A stretch of 54,238 nucleotides of DNA from a virus (taxonomy: Duplodnaviria > Heunggongvirae > Uroviricota > Caudoviricetes), in the IMG/VR virus record IMGVR_UViG_2541047842_000005; one strand, written 5' to 3'. A program made the position numbers and the translations under genes. The first letter of the stretch is position 1; each line of letters opens with the position of its first letter. The notes beneath the pieces are model-generated. The model had not been told where the DNA came from and made no database searches. It saw nothing but the letters and a program-made list of their open reading frames with translations. This document shows positions 16,739-25,411 of the stretch, piece by piece.

Positions 16739-17344
16739 ATGCAGAACCCTAAAAAACCCATAAGACGCCGTTGCAAATGCTGCGGCGTTTTTTTTGAGCC
16801 TAAATATCACAATCAAACGTGGTGCAGCGATGAATGTCTGGAAGAACTGAAGTTTGATCAGCTATGCCGCGATCGTGAAAAGGCTATGAAGGCTATGGAA
16901 CGAAAGAAACACCGTGATAGCCAGCGGGAAGAACGCAACCGGAAGCGGAAGCAGTTAAATCCGCGCAGCTACTGGATTAAACAGGCGCAAAACGTTTTTA
17001 ACGCTTATATACGCGAGCGTGACGCGCGATTGCCGTGCATATCATGCGGGACTTACTACGGTGAGCAATGCGGGTGGGATGCAGGCCATTACAGGACGGT
17101 AGCAGCCGCCGGACACCTTCGCTTCAACGAGGATAATTGTCACAAGCAATGCAGGCACTGCAACCAGACACTAGACGGCAACATCGGAGGGTATCGCCCG
17201 GCGCTGATTCGAAAAATTGGCCTCGCCAGGGTGGTAGCTCTGGAGAACAACAACGAAACTCACAAATGGACGATTGCAGAATGTAAGGAGCTAATAAACA
17301 TCTATCAGGCGAAATTGGACGCCTTAAGGAGAAAGGCAGCATGA
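16739..17344 (+). CDS. ninG: NinG/Rap recombination protein
   Basis: Track ORF 16649-17344; from MQNPKKPIRRRCKCCG (ATG 16739, SD GGGGTGG) it is colinear with lambda NinG (RSYWIKQAQ..FNAYIRERDARLPCISCGT...WDAGHYRT.AAA..LRFNE.N.HKQC..CNQ). Confidence 0.85.
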   Translation: MQNPKKPIRRRCKCCGVFFEPKYHNQTWCSDECLEELKFDQLCRDREKAMKAMERKKHRDSQREERNRKRKQLNPRSYWIKQAQNVFNAYIRERDARLPCISCGTYYGEQCGWDAGHYRTVAAAGHLRFNEDNCHKQCRHCNQTLDGNIGGYRPALIRKIGLARVVALENNNETHKWTIAECKELINIYQAKLDALRRKAA

Positions 17345-17742
17345 ATGAATATTCTTTTAGCCTGCCTTACCCGCCATCGAACAATCGCTATTACCGACAT
17401 TCGCGCGGTTTTCACTATATAAGCAAAGTGGGGAAGGAATATCGGGAACAAGTAAGAGACATCATCGAGCTATTAAATTTAAACATTAACCTACCTTGCC
17501 GACTGGCAATCGCCATCTATGCCGCGCCGCCGGATAACCGGATCAGAGATCTGGATAATATCCCTAAATGCCTTTTTGATAGCCTTACCTATGCCGGATT
17601 TTGGAAGGATGACGGGCAAATTGACTCAATAAAAATTGTCCGCTGCCGGAAGGTAAAAGGCGGACGCTTGTTTATTAAGATCCGCGAACGCGGCGACCTG
17701 CTACCGGATATTGACGAATACGCGACGAATATGTGGGGGTGA
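17341..17742 (+). CDS. rusA: RusA-family Holliday junction resolvase
   Basis: 133 aa; LPYPPSNNRYYRH motif and acidic catalytic region typical of RusA. Confidence 0.8.
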   Translation: MNEYSFSLPYPPSNNRYYRHSRGFHYISKVGKEYREQVRDIIELLNLNINLPCRLAIAIYAAPPDNRIRDLDNIPKCLFDSLTYAGFWKDDGQIDSIKIVRCRKVKGGRLFIKIRERGDLLPDIDEYATNMWG

Positions 17743-17744
17743 CA

Positions 17745-17981
17745 ATGGAGCTAATAAACATTGTTGTTAAATGTACTCAATCAAGCGTCGATTTTTTCAC
17801 TGAAGGTAAAAAATATTCAGGTTTTATAAAGCATGGGTGCTTTGCTTTCATTCTACAAGACGATCTTGTATCTGATTTCGACGACGCCGACGCATGGCGA
17901 TTAGTCCAGTATTTCCCGTCAAAAAATGAGTATTTTTTGCAGGGTCATTTTAAAACTCGGTTTAAGGTGGTAGAGAAATGA
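17745..17981 (+). CDS. small protein, member of the F-x-E-G-K-x-Y paralogue family
   Basis: 78 aa; FFTEGKKYSGF then ILQDDLVSDF; track start 17733 is a GTG. Confidence 0.4.
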   Translation: MELINIVVKCTQSSVDFFTEGKKYSGFIKHGCFAFILQDDLVSDFDDADAWRLVQYFPSKNEYFLQGHFKTRFKVVEK

Positions 17982-18160
17982 AAAACGAAATTAAAGATCT
18001 GCAAATAGATGTTCAACGTGACGAGCATGATTTAGCGACAGTCAGACGAATCCAGGCTTTTCACATGCAGGAATTACTTGCGCTGAAAGAGCTTGAAAGA
18101 AAACTGGTGCAAACCATTTCTGATCGCAAACGCCTTATTGCTCGCTATGGGGGCAAATAA
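17978..18160 (+). CDS. hypothetical protein (60 aa)
   Basis: Compact ORF; predicted coiled-coil-like sequence. Confidence 0.4.
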   Translation: MKNEIKDLQIDVQRDEHDLATVRRIQAFHMQELLALKELERKLVQTISDRKRLIARYGGK

Positions 18161-18888
18161 TGAATTTAGAATCCATTCTGAAATTCCACTTTCCCAAATC
18201 ACCGCGATTATCAGGCGAAAGCCGGGGAACATCCCCGGATGCACTTAATACGACGGATGCGCTTACCGCCGCTGGTATGGCGCAATCGCGCGTAGAGCTT
18301 GGCTATAGTGCTTTTTTAGGGAAAATGGAGCTATCGCAAGCTGAAAAACACAGGGCCGTAATTTTGCTTACAGAGCGTTTAAGGGTTATGGCGAAAGATT
18401 ACGAATACGTGATGGAATTAAATGAAGAACAACGCAATGATCTTATTATTCTTGTTGCCGTTTTCGCGTTTCGGGATTACTGCCAAAGTGCGGCTACCGA
18501 AAAGGTTTGCCCTAAGTGCGGAGGTAACGGGCTTTTACCGAATCCATATTGTGAATACACATCGACAGTTTGCTCGCGGTGCAACGGCAAAGGCTACGTT
18601 AAAAACCATTGCCAGAGGTGCAAGGGGCGTGGCGAAGTACCGGATAAAGCAGCCAGCGAAGCGGCGGAAATGCCAGTATTCAAAACGTGCCAGCATTGCG
18701 GCGGGCGCGGGTACTCGCGTTTCCCTGTAGATCTTGTCCGGCAGGCGGTTAATCAGCTTGTTTTCCAGGTAAGCCGATCAACATGGTGGAAGAAATACCG
18801 CGCTTTCTATGAAGACGCCATTGCTGAATTGTTCAAGGAAGAGGCGCGGGCTGATAACGAAATTAAACGAGTTACGCGGGGTGAATGA
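18160..18888 (+). CDS. putative late antiterminator Q-like protein with four CxxCxGxG zinc-finger repeats
   Basis: 242 aa; CPKCGGNG, CSRCNGKG, CQRCKGRG, CQHCGGRG; position directly after ninG-rusA as Q in lambdoid phages; family assignment is from memory. Confidence 0.45.
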   Translation: MNLESILKFHFPKSPRLSGESRGTSPDALNTTDALTAAGMAQSRVELGYSAFLGKMELSQAEKHRAVILLTERLRVMAKDYEYVMELNEEQRNDLIILVAVFAFRDYCQSAATEKVCPKCGGNGLLPNPYCEYTSTVCSRCNGKGYVKNHCQRCKGRGEVPDKAASEAAEMPVFKTCQHCGGRGYSRFPVDLVRQAVNQLVFQVSRSTWWKKYRAFYEDAIAELFKEEARADNEIKRVTRGE

Positions 18889-19091
18889 TGGATAAACTGG
18901 AAATAAACGATCAGTTTGCCGTTATCTTGTTCGAAGATAAAACAGGCGGCGCATGGTGTAAGAAAGTCACTGGTGCTGAAGCACGCTTAATATTGGGTAT
19001 GGCAAGCGCGTTAAATGATGGCGAATTGCCAGCCGTGCCAATTAAGCCAGTACATATTTACGGACGGAGTAACGACAATGAAAATACTTAA
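18885..19091 (+). CDS. hypothetical protein (68 aa)
   Basis: First gene of the small-ORF island. Confidence 0.4.
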   Translation: MMDKLEINDQFAVILFEDKTGGAWCKKVTGAEARLILGMASALNDGELPAVPIKPVHIYGRSNDNENT

Positions 19092-19425
19092 CATTGAGTG
19101 GCTGTATTGCGAAAACTGCGACGACGATGGCATGGTCGTAAAAACCGAAAAAGGTTGCGGCCTCATGCTGTATCAAGGTGATAAATTCGTTTGTCCTCGC
19201 TGCGGCGGCGGTGGTGAGATAGAAATTGTTGATGATATTGCTACAGCATATAAGCCATCTCGCATTGCCCTTGATGAAAAAATAAAAATTCATCCTTATT
19301 TATTACAGCAAATTATCGATCACGTATCGGCAGCCGCAATCTATAGCGGTAACAATTATCAGCGAGAAATGAACGTCAAACGTGCGATTGAGCAGTATTT
19401 CGAAGGTGACGACAATGAAGCCTAA
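19078..19425 (+). CDS. hypothetical zinc-ribbon protein (115 aa)
   Basis: ATG 19078 with SD GGAG; CENC..CPRCGGGG. Confidence 0.4.
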   Translation: MKILNIEWLYCENCDDDGMVVKTEKGCGLMLYQGDKFVCPRCGGGGEIEIVDDIATAYKPSRIALDEKIKIHPYLLQQIIDHVSAAAIYSGNNYQREMNVKRAIEQYFEGDDNEA

Positions 19426-19684
19426 ATTAAAAGAGCATGAATTTAGGGATCTCATAAACGGAATAACCGATAAAGCTAGGATGTACTCAAATGCGCAACA
19501 GTTAAGGGCGGTTATAGTTACGGAATTAATGAAATACATTGAGCCATGCGGACCAGGCGACGAAATGACTATGGATAAGGCCATCAAGCGCCGTTCGGCT
19601 GATTGGTCGGTTAGTAACACTGGATTAACCGGATACATTGAAGGCTATAACGACTGTTTACAGGATCATGGCAATGAAAAGTAA
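19415..19684 (+). CDS. hypothetical protein (89 aa)
   Basis: Track start 19382; ATG 19415 with SD GAAGGTG. Confidence 0.4.
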   Translation: MKPKLKEHEFRDLINGITDKARMYSNAQQLRAVIVTELMKYIEPCGPGDEMTMDKAIKRRSADWSVSNTGLTGYIEGYNDCLQDHGNEK

Positions 19685-19889
19685 CCGCAAGCGCCTTGTA
19701 AGGGCATACGATAAAGCATTAAAGGCTTTTGATGATCTGCGACACAATAAGCGCCAGCGCCGCAAATGGGCGCGTATGCTTGTTTATGAGTGGCATTATT
19801 CTGATGCTTTCATGGAAAGTGCGCCGCTATTAACACAGGAACAAGCCGACGAAGTAGCTAACGATAACGTTTATTATATGATGTGGTGA
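19668..19889 (+). CDS. hypothetical protein (about 73 aa)
   Basis: Track start 19638 is a TTG; in-frame ATGs at 19668 and 19674. Confidence 0.35.
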   Translation: MAMKSNRKRLVRAYDKALKAFDDLRHNKRQRRKWARMLVYEWHYSDAFMESAPLLTQEQADEVANDNVYYMMW

Positions 19890-19893
19890 TAAT

Positions 19894-20259
19894 ATGCAAA
19901 TAATCATTGATTATCTTTGCCATGCTGCAAATACGCTTTTTGGTTTTTATCAACAACCATTCCTCAAAGAATGGGACGAAATGCTTAATGACATCATTGA
20001 TAAAGGGTTAATAGTTGAGGTTGGCGAGCTAACGATAAAATTTAATTACGAAGGCAAAGAATATGATATATGGGTAGGTAACAGATGGTACGCATACGGG
20101 CATATTTATTCAATTGGCGGCAAATACATTAAACGTAGCCAGGAGTTCAGGCCGCGATTCCGCACAATGCGCCGCCTGCGTGACCTGCATATGAATATAT
20201 TTGAAAATCAGGAAGCGTGTGAACTATTCAAAATCTACGGAGATAAATCATGGAACTAA
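19894..20259 (+). CDS. hypothetical protein (121 aa)
   Basis: ORF in the island; no motif recognised. Confidence 0.45.
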   Translation: MQIIIDYLCHAANTLFGFYQQPFLKEWDEMLNDIIDKGLIVEVGELTIKFNYEGKEYDIWVGNRWYAYGHIYSIGGKYIKRSQEFRPRFRTMRRLRDLHMNIFENQEACELFKIYGDKSWN

Positions 20260-20480
20260 AAATCTGGCAGGGTATCGACGTAGTTGATAATGAATTGTCT
20301 ATGTTCGCCACTAACGGGAAACGCGTGGTGATCGCTACATGGACGCGCAACCATGATGATATAGCTTTTCGTCGCAAGGCTGCGGAGTGGCTTTTCTCTG
20401 ATGAAGGCTACACGATGAATATCTCCCAGCTTGCCAGAATGAAGGATGAAAAGCTGGTTGATAGTTACACAACTGCATAG
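20250..20480 (+). CDS. hypothetical protein (76 aa)
   Basis: Compact ORF. Confidence 0.4.
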   Translation: MELKIWQGIDVVDNELSMFATNGKRVVIATWTRNHDDIAFRRKAAEWLFSDEGYTMNISQLARMKDEKLVDSYTTA

Positions 20481-20490
20481 TGGGGCAAAT

Positions 20491-20724
20491 ATGTGTATCT
20501 ATGAACACAAGCGGGATAAAACCCGCTTTTTTGTTCGTGCTGGCGTGGCTTACCAGTATCACGACTGCGGATATATCGAGGCGCTTGCTTACGATCTGGA
20601 CTTCGAACAAGAAAAAGAATGGTTCGATTTCAAAATTTACCGGAAGCGTAAACCGACGCGCGACGAGCGACACGCTATCCGGGACTTTTTAATCAGCATA
20701 GACCGCTGGGAGACAGAGGAATGA
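20491..20724 (+). CDS. hypothetical protein (77 aa)
   Basis: Track start 20446 overlaps the previous gene; ATG 20491 with SD GTGGGG. Confidence 0.4.
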   Translation: MCIYEHKRDKTRFFVRAGVAYQYHDCGYIEALAYDLDFEQEKEWFDFKIYRKRKPTRDERHAIRDFLISIDRWETEE

Positions 20725-21008
20725 GAGCGAAGAAAACAGCAGATCAGAAAGCGTTAGTTATCACTACAACTGATGTGTCGTTATTCACGAAGGGTGAAGA
20801 AATAGATCTTAAATTACTTTTCGGCATGTTTGAGCCACACGAAAAGCCGTGGTTCGTGCATGAAGACAAACAGGGAAATATGCGCGTAGTAGTGCCGGAC
20901 AAAAACAGCGACATATTTTTTGCTATTCCAGACCCGTTACATGACGGTGAATTGCTGGCGGTATTGTTGATCGCTGATGCTGTTACTTATAAAGGGAAAG
21001 AAATATGA
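20721..21008 (+). CDS. hypothetical protein (95 aa)
   Basis: ATGA overlap with the upstream stop. Confidence 0.4.
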   Translation: MRAKKTADQKALVITTTDVSLFTKGEEIDLKLLFGMFEPHEKPWFVHEDKQGNMRVVVPDKNSDIFFAIPDPLHDGELLAVLLIADAVTYKGKEI

Positions 21009-21232
21009 AAGTTAAATTCTTGCACGATCACGGCTACCCATCATTAAAACGCGTGGTAGGGGAAACGGTAGACGTTGTTCATTCTGATGATGTGACCTGC
21101 GTCATTTTGGGTAAAGACCTTATCGCTCACGGTGCTGATGATTACTACATTAACCCGGCGTGGTCATATACGTTTAGCCTTGGCGACTTCGTAGGCGATA
21201 AGGGGCGCGGCTTGCAAGTAGTCGAGGGTTAA
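21005..21232 (+). CDS. hypothetical protein (75 aa)
   Basis: ATGA overlap with the upstream stop. Confidence 0.4.
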   Translation: MKVKFLHDHGYPSLKRVVGETVDVVHSDDVTCVILGKDLIAHGADDYYINPAWSYTFSLGDFVGDKGRGLQVVEG

Positions 21233-21236
21233 TATC

Positions 21237-21452
21237 ATGGACGTTTACGAAGATTTATACCTTCAAACAAATACCAGCACTTTTTATTTTTTGAAAAACG
21301 GCGTCGTATATCGCAGCGATGACGGGGTAATAATGAAAGAGTGGCTATTTAAACGCAAAGACCTACTTGATGACCTGGTTTTTGCCGGGATATTCCGTAA
21401 ACGTCCGGCTAACCTGGAAGAAGAAATGCTGATCGACGAGGTATTAAAATGA
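21237..21452 (+). CDS. hypothetical protein (71 aa)
   Basis: Contains FLKNGVVYRSDDG, resembling the paralogue family motif. Confidence 0.4.
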   Translation: MDVYEDLYLQTNTSTFYFLKNGVVYRSDDGVIMKEWLFKRKDLLDDLVFAGIFRKRPANLEEEMLIDEVLK

Positions 21453-21694
21453 AAGTGAATTATTTCAGGGCAAAAGACAAGGCAACAGGAAAGCGGGTGG
21501 CTATCCTGGTTAATGAAGCAAATTATATGTTTGTTCTCCAGCCGTGGTGCATAGCTGACTATAACGATGATTATCGCCGTCACGCTGCGCGGCGGGCGGT
21601 CGGGATGAAAGGCTGGCAGCCTCGCGACATGCTTAATTACTGCGACTGGAATCTGATAGCAAAATACACGGTCGATTATAAAGGGGTTTTCTGA
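21449..21694 (+). CDS. hypothetical protein (81 aa)
   Basis: ATGA overlap with the upstream stop. Confidence 0.4.
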   Translation: MKVNYFRAKDKATGKRVAILVNEANYMFVLQPWCIADYNDDYRRHAARRAVGMKGWQPRDMLNYCDWNLIAKYTVDYKGVF

Positions 21695-21906
21695 TGCAAG
21701 TTAAATGCTCATACTCAAGCAATGACAGTGTTTTCACGATTGGGAGTATTTATGACGTTCACATCGTTTATGGCAATGAAGCACACACAATGAGTAATTG
21801 CCTTGCCTTGATTGATAATCATGACGAAATATGGGTATTCAGGCCGAGCTATGAAGGCGGTGAAATATCCGGTGTAGGTTTTGCTGCCAGCTTTGAACGT
21901 TATTAA
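21694..21906 (+). CDS. paralogue family member A (70 aa)
   Basis: FTIGSIYDVH ... LIDNHDEIWVFR. Confidence 0.4.
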   Translation: MQVKCSYSSNDSVFTIGSIYDVHIVYGNEAHTMSNCLALIDNHDEIWVFRPSYEGGEISGVGFAASFERY

Positions 21907-21916
21907 AGGGGCAACA

Positions 21917-22174
21917 ATGAAACATTTATATTTTGAGGTATTGCAGACGCGCGACCGCAATATTTTTGAAGAAGGGAAGATCTATTGCGGCGTTCAACTC
22001 CACGGCGCACCGGGCGGTGATGGTGCAATGGCGATAACTGGCGATGATGATAAAGTTTATTTCGCTTATGTTAGCCATATCAATAACGCCGCTGGTTTGT
22101 ATATTTATCGCATAGTGCATGATTTCCGTGAGATCGCGGAGTTTTGCGCCCGCGAAGGCAGTAAACCGGAATAA
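21917..22174 (+). CDS. paralogue family member B (85 aa)
   Basis: FEEGKIYCGV ... AITGDDDKVYFA; track start 21881. Confidence 0.4.
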   Translation: MKHLYFEVLQTRDRNIFEEGKIYCGVQLHGAPGGDGAMAITGDDDKVYFAYVSHINNAAGLYIYRIVHDFREIAEFCAREGSKPE

Positions 22175-22184
22175 GTGAGGTGCT

Positions 22185-22424
22185 ATGAATCGGAAACATA
22201 GATACCAGTGCACATACTCACGATGCAGCGCGTTTTTTAAGAATGGCAAGATCTACGAGGTTGACGCGGCATTGGTTGACGCAAAGGATCAGGAATATAT
22301 TCATGCCATTACTGACGACCAGGGGCAGTTATGGCGATTTTATAAGATGGGTTGTGGCACGGCGCTTGTTTATGCGCGTGCTGGTGGTGGTGCTTTTGCT
22401 GCGTTTTCGTATGTAGGGGTATGA
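22185..22424 (+). CDS. paralogue family member C (79 aa)
   Basis: FFKNGKIYEV ... AITDDQGQLWRF. Confidence 0.4.
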   Translation: MNRKHRYQCTYSRCSAFFKNGKIYEVDAALVDAKDQEYIHAITDDQGQLWRFYKMGCGTALVYARAGGGAFAAFSYVGV

Positions 22425-22645
22425 AAATGATTTTAACGTGTAACGAATCGAAATTGGGCTGTTTTGAGGAAGGCGTACAGTACACGGCTGAAAAACCGAT
22501 GGGATTGTCTCCTAAATTTCCGTTTATCGTCGTGACTGACACTTACGGTCACTTATGGTATGCAGGGCCGCTAGGCGGTATTGGTCGTTATGTTGTCCGT
22601 AGTTCGGATGGGGCGATGAAGGTTACTTTTACGGAAGAAACGTAA
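22421..22645 (+). CDS. paralogue family member D (74 aa)
   Basis: FEEGVQYTAE ... VVTDTYGHLWYA; ATG 22421 overlaps the upstream stop; track start 22352 is an unlikely extension. Confidence 0.4.
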   Translation: MKMILTCNESKLGCFEEGVQYTAEKPMGLSPKFPFIVVTDTYGHLWYAGPLGGIGRYVVRSSDGAMKVTFTEET

Positions 22646-22701
22646 ATGTGATCTGTATCACAAGGTTTACGAAATGGCATTGTTTCGGCAGTGCCATTTT
22701 G

Positions 22702-23408
22702 TTGTGCACAGAAAACCCCCAGCTAGGCTGGGGGTTCCGGAAAGCTTTCAGCTTTGAGCCAGTTATTAAAACCCCTTTTGATTTGTTAAAACACCTTGCG
22801 GTCTGGCAACTGCAAGTGTCAAACAAGAAATCAAAAGGGGGTCCCAATGGGGAACGAAAAGAGCTTAGCGCACACCCGATGGAACTGTAAATATCACATA
22901 GTTTTTGCGCCAAAATACCGAAGACAGGTGTTCTACAGAGAGAAGCGTAGAGCAATAGGCAGTATTTTGAGAAAGCTGTGTGAGTGGAAAAGCGTACGGA
23001 TTCTGGAAGCTGAATGCTGTGCAGATCATATCCATATGCTTGTGGAGATCCCGCCTAAAATGAGCGTATCCGGGTTTATGGGATATCTGAAAGGGAAAAG
23101 CAGTCTGATGCTTTACGAGCAGTTTGGTGATTTGAAATTCAAATACAGGAACAGGGAGTTCTGGTGCAGAGGGTACTACGTCGATACAGTGGGTAAGAAC
23201 ACGGCGAAGATACAGGATTACATAAAGCACCAGCTTGAAGAGGATAAAATGGGAGAGCAGTTATCGATTCCCTATCCGGGCAGCCCGTTTACGGGCCGTA
23301 AGTAACGAAGTTGGATGCAAATGTCAGATCGTGTGCGCCTGTTAGGGCGCGGCTGGTAAGAGAGCCTTATAGGCGCATTTGAAAAACCTCCGGCTATGCC
23401 GGAGGATA
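22702..23408 (+). mobile_element. IS200 (IS200/IS605 family) insertion sequence
   Basis: Contains a tnpA colinear with IS200 TnpA; perfect left-end hairpin CCCCCAGC-TAG-GCTGGGGG at 22716-22734, RBS-sequestering inverted repeat at about 22772-22822, right-end hairpin CCTCCGGC-TAT-GCCGGAGG at about 23388-23406; boundaries estimated from the expected ~707 bp length, +/-10 bp. Confidence 0.7.
22847..23305 (+). CDS. tnpA: IS200 transposase TnpA (HUH Y1 transposase)
   Basis: 152 aa from MGNEKSLAHTRWNCKYHIVFAPKYRRQVFY; HxH motif ADHIHMLVEIPP and C-terminal catalytic region RNREFWCRGYYVDTVG match IS200 TnpA; the track ORF 22796-23305 includes an upstream extension. Confidence 0.9.
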   Translation: MGNEKSLAHTRWNCKYHIVFAPKYRRQVFYREKRRAIGSILRKLCEWKSVRILEAECCADHIHMLVEIPPKMSVSGFMGYLKGKSSLMLYEQFGDLKFKYRNREFWCRGYYVDTVGKNTAKIQDYIKHQLEEDKMGEQLSIPYPGSPFTGRK

Positions 23409-23454
23409 TTTATTATAAAGAAGCTGAAGAGAGAACGATGCGGAGGGTAGAAAA

Positions 23455-23733
23455 ATGAAACGCTGGATTAACAAAGAAGTCGAATCTCGCTTAAACGCAT
23501 TTTGGGAGATGGTGGAGAAAGAAGACCCAGCACACGCTGCAAGCCCTTACCTGAACAACATCGAATATCACTACATTGCAGCAAACAACGCGGAGTTCGA
23601 AGAAGAAGGTGGAGCCGACAAGTTCGCACAAAGCAACGCATTCAACAACGCAAACGAAATGATGATGGCAGTCATCGAACAGGCAGAGGAAGACTACGAA
23701 TGCAAATCACTTGAATTCGCACGTATGGCATAA
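23455..23733 (+). CDS. hypothetical protein (92 aa)
   Basis: SD GGAGGG upstream; acidic. Confidence 0.45.
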   Translation: MKRWINKEVESRLNAFWEMVEKEDPAHAASPYLNNIEYHYIAANNAEFEEEGGADKFAQSNAFNNANEMMMAVIEQAEEDYECKSLEFARMA

Positions 23734-23743
23734 GGGGGAAACC

Positions 23744-23884
23744 ATGAACGCTAACGCTAAATATCCGGCCTGGGTTTTCGAACTGTACGCAAGATACTTT
23801 GAATTACTGGCACAAGGTGAAGAAGCATTAAGCATTGACGAGTACGCGGAGTGCTTAGGGTTTAAAGGAGACGAAGAAGCATAA
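23744..23884 (+). CDS. small hypothetical protein (46 aa)
   Basis: SD AAGGGGG upstream; followed by hairpin GGGGCC-GGAT-GGCCCC; not in the ORF track. Confidence 0.3.
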   Translation: MNANAKYPAWVFELYARYFELLAQGEEALSIDEYAECLGFKGDEEA

Positions 23885-23927
23885 AACACGGGGCCGGATG
23901 GCCCCATCAAATCAGAAGGGTGTAATC

Positions 23928-24227
23928 ATGAAAAGCGCTAAATTTATTGCTTGCTGTTTTGTTGAAGTTCCTAACGATGATGTTTTCTGTAATTATGAAT
24001 TTAAAGACAGCTTAGGCAGATCTCATGTTGTTGTTGGTAAGCGCGGCGACTGGTTATATATCACTGATGGAGACAGGATCTTCACTAAAAACCAGTTGTT
24101 AATAATAAAGGCAGAAAATGATGAAATACCAGTAGGTAATATGGGGATTATGAATTATCACGCTGGTTTATTGTTAAAGCACGATACGGTAAACAAAGCG
24201 CGTAGCTTACCTGGTGCGGAGTTTTAA
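23928..24227 (+). CDS. hypothetical protein (99 aa)
   Basis: Track start 23898; ATG 23928 with SD GAAGGGTG. Confidence 0.4.
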   Translation: MKSAKFIACCFVEVPNDDVFCNYEFKDSLGRSHVVVGKRGDWLYITDGDRIFTKNQLLIIKAENDEIPVGNMGIMNYHAGLLLKHDTVNKARSLPGAEF

Positions 24228-24230
24228 TTT

Positions 24231-24485
24231 ATGGAAATAATCAAAATATGGCGCGGCAACAGTAAGGCTGACGGTGAGTTTTGCCGCGTCGTTCAATTCG
24301 TAAATTATGGTAGGTTTTACGAGCTACCTTATGACAAAAGGAAAGATGATTTCTATTTAAGCGAGTCAATCCCGGTGCACAGAAAAATAAAGGCGCTTAG
24401 GGGGTTATTGCGAAGTGGTTTTTATTCTTGCCCTAACCCATTAAACAATCCTGAACTGGTAGCTATTTTTTACGAAGGAGAATAG
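24231..24485 (+). CDS. hypothetical protein (84 aa)
   Basis: Compact ORF. Confidence 0.4.
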   Translation: MEIIKIWRGNSKADGEFCRVVQFVNYGRFYELPYDKRKDDFYLSESIPVHRKIKALRGLLRSGFYSCPNPLNNPELVAIFYEGE

Positions 24486-24488
24486 ACA

Positions 24489-24908
24489 ATGTCTAAATTT
24501 ATCAGCGTTAAAGTTTTCCGTGGCACTTTACCGAACGAAGAAAGATTAGGACAATTTGCCGGGCAACCTAGTGCATGTTTCCGTGTAGCCACTGAAGACG
24601 ATGCGCATGTTAAATGCTTCCACGTATCGGAACCGCCTTTTAATGCAGACCATCTTGAAGACCCGGATAGAATTAAAAGCCTAGTTTTTGCCTATCTGAT
24701 GTTCCAGGGTATCGCTAATATGGAAGTGGAATTGCTTGGCGCTGAACTGGCGGCAGAATACAAAGTGACTGAAGGCGAAAACGGAGGGGTGGAAATTGAG
24801 CGCATCAAAATAAACCTTACAAGATCCGGTGTAAAGGCGAATACCATGGGTTTACGATTGGTTGCGAATACCTGGGCCACATTGGGTACGGCCCTTTCGG
24901 TGAGTTAG
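24489..24908 (+). CDS. hypothetical protein (139 aa)
   Basis: ORF in the island; no motif recognised. Confidence 0.45.
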   Translation: MSKFISVKVFRGTLPNEERLGQFAGQPSACFRVATEDDAHVKCFHVSEPPFNADHLEDPDRIKSLVFAYLMFQGIANMEVELLGAELAAEYKVTEGENGGVEIERIKINLTRSGVKANTMGLRLVANTWATLGTALSVS

Positions 24909-24910
24909 GG

Positions 24911-25048
24911 ATGAATACGATGGACGACGACGGCGACAGCAGGACGCTTGATCTTGATTCTGATGATTTCGAATACATCCCTCCAGTTACTTACCGTGCC
25001 GTTGATGATTTCCTGGCTGAACATGAAGACGAGGGCGATGATGATTGA
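24911..25048 (+). CDS. small acidic protein (about 42-45 aa)
   Basis: MNTMDDDGDSRTLDLDSDDFEY...EHEDEGDDD; alternative ATG at 24920; not in the ORF track. Confidence 0.25.
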   Translation: MNTMDDDGDSRTLDLDSDDFEYIPPVTYRAVDDFLAEHEDEGDDD

Positions 25049-25235
25049 ATGCCTTATAGCTGTGATTGTTTTGCTTTATATCGCTGGCGCTATCCTGATG
25101 TCTTGTTTTATTAAGTTTAGCGGAGCTGAACCTGGCGGCCTTGAGATTCCTTTTTGGCCTGTGACTGTGTTTATCGCTTTCTTCGACGCTACGGCAGGGC
25201 AGATCAATCGAGCTATTAAGGAGCGCAAGAAATGA
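25038..25235 (+). CDS. small membrane protein (65 aa)
   Basis: MMIECLIAVIVLLYIAGAILMSCFIKF; SD GAGGG upstream; the track ORF 24948-25235 has an unlikely extension. Confidence 0.35.
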   Translation: MMIECLIAVIVLLYIAGAILMSCFIKFSGAEPGGLEIPFWPVTVFIAFFDATAGQINRAIKERKK

Positions 25236-25411
25236 TTGAAGATGGGGTGTACGCAACAGTAGTAGACGGGCTGTTTTACCGCGTAGAAGGTGATGATATT
25301 CGCATCCGCGTTGGCGGTGGTGAGTGGGTAGCGCCAATCATTAAGACGACGCGAGAAACAATTAAAATATTTCTTGATGCTGGTGAACTGGTGAGGGTTA
25401 GCGACCTATGA
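25232..25411 (+). CDS. small hypothetical protein (59 aa)
   Basis: MIEDGVYATVV...; ATGA overlaps on both sides; N-terminus resembles that of the next gene. Confidence 0.3.
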   Translation: MIEDGVYATVVDGLFYRVEGDDIRIRVGGGEWVAPIIKTTRETIKIFLDAGELVRVSDL

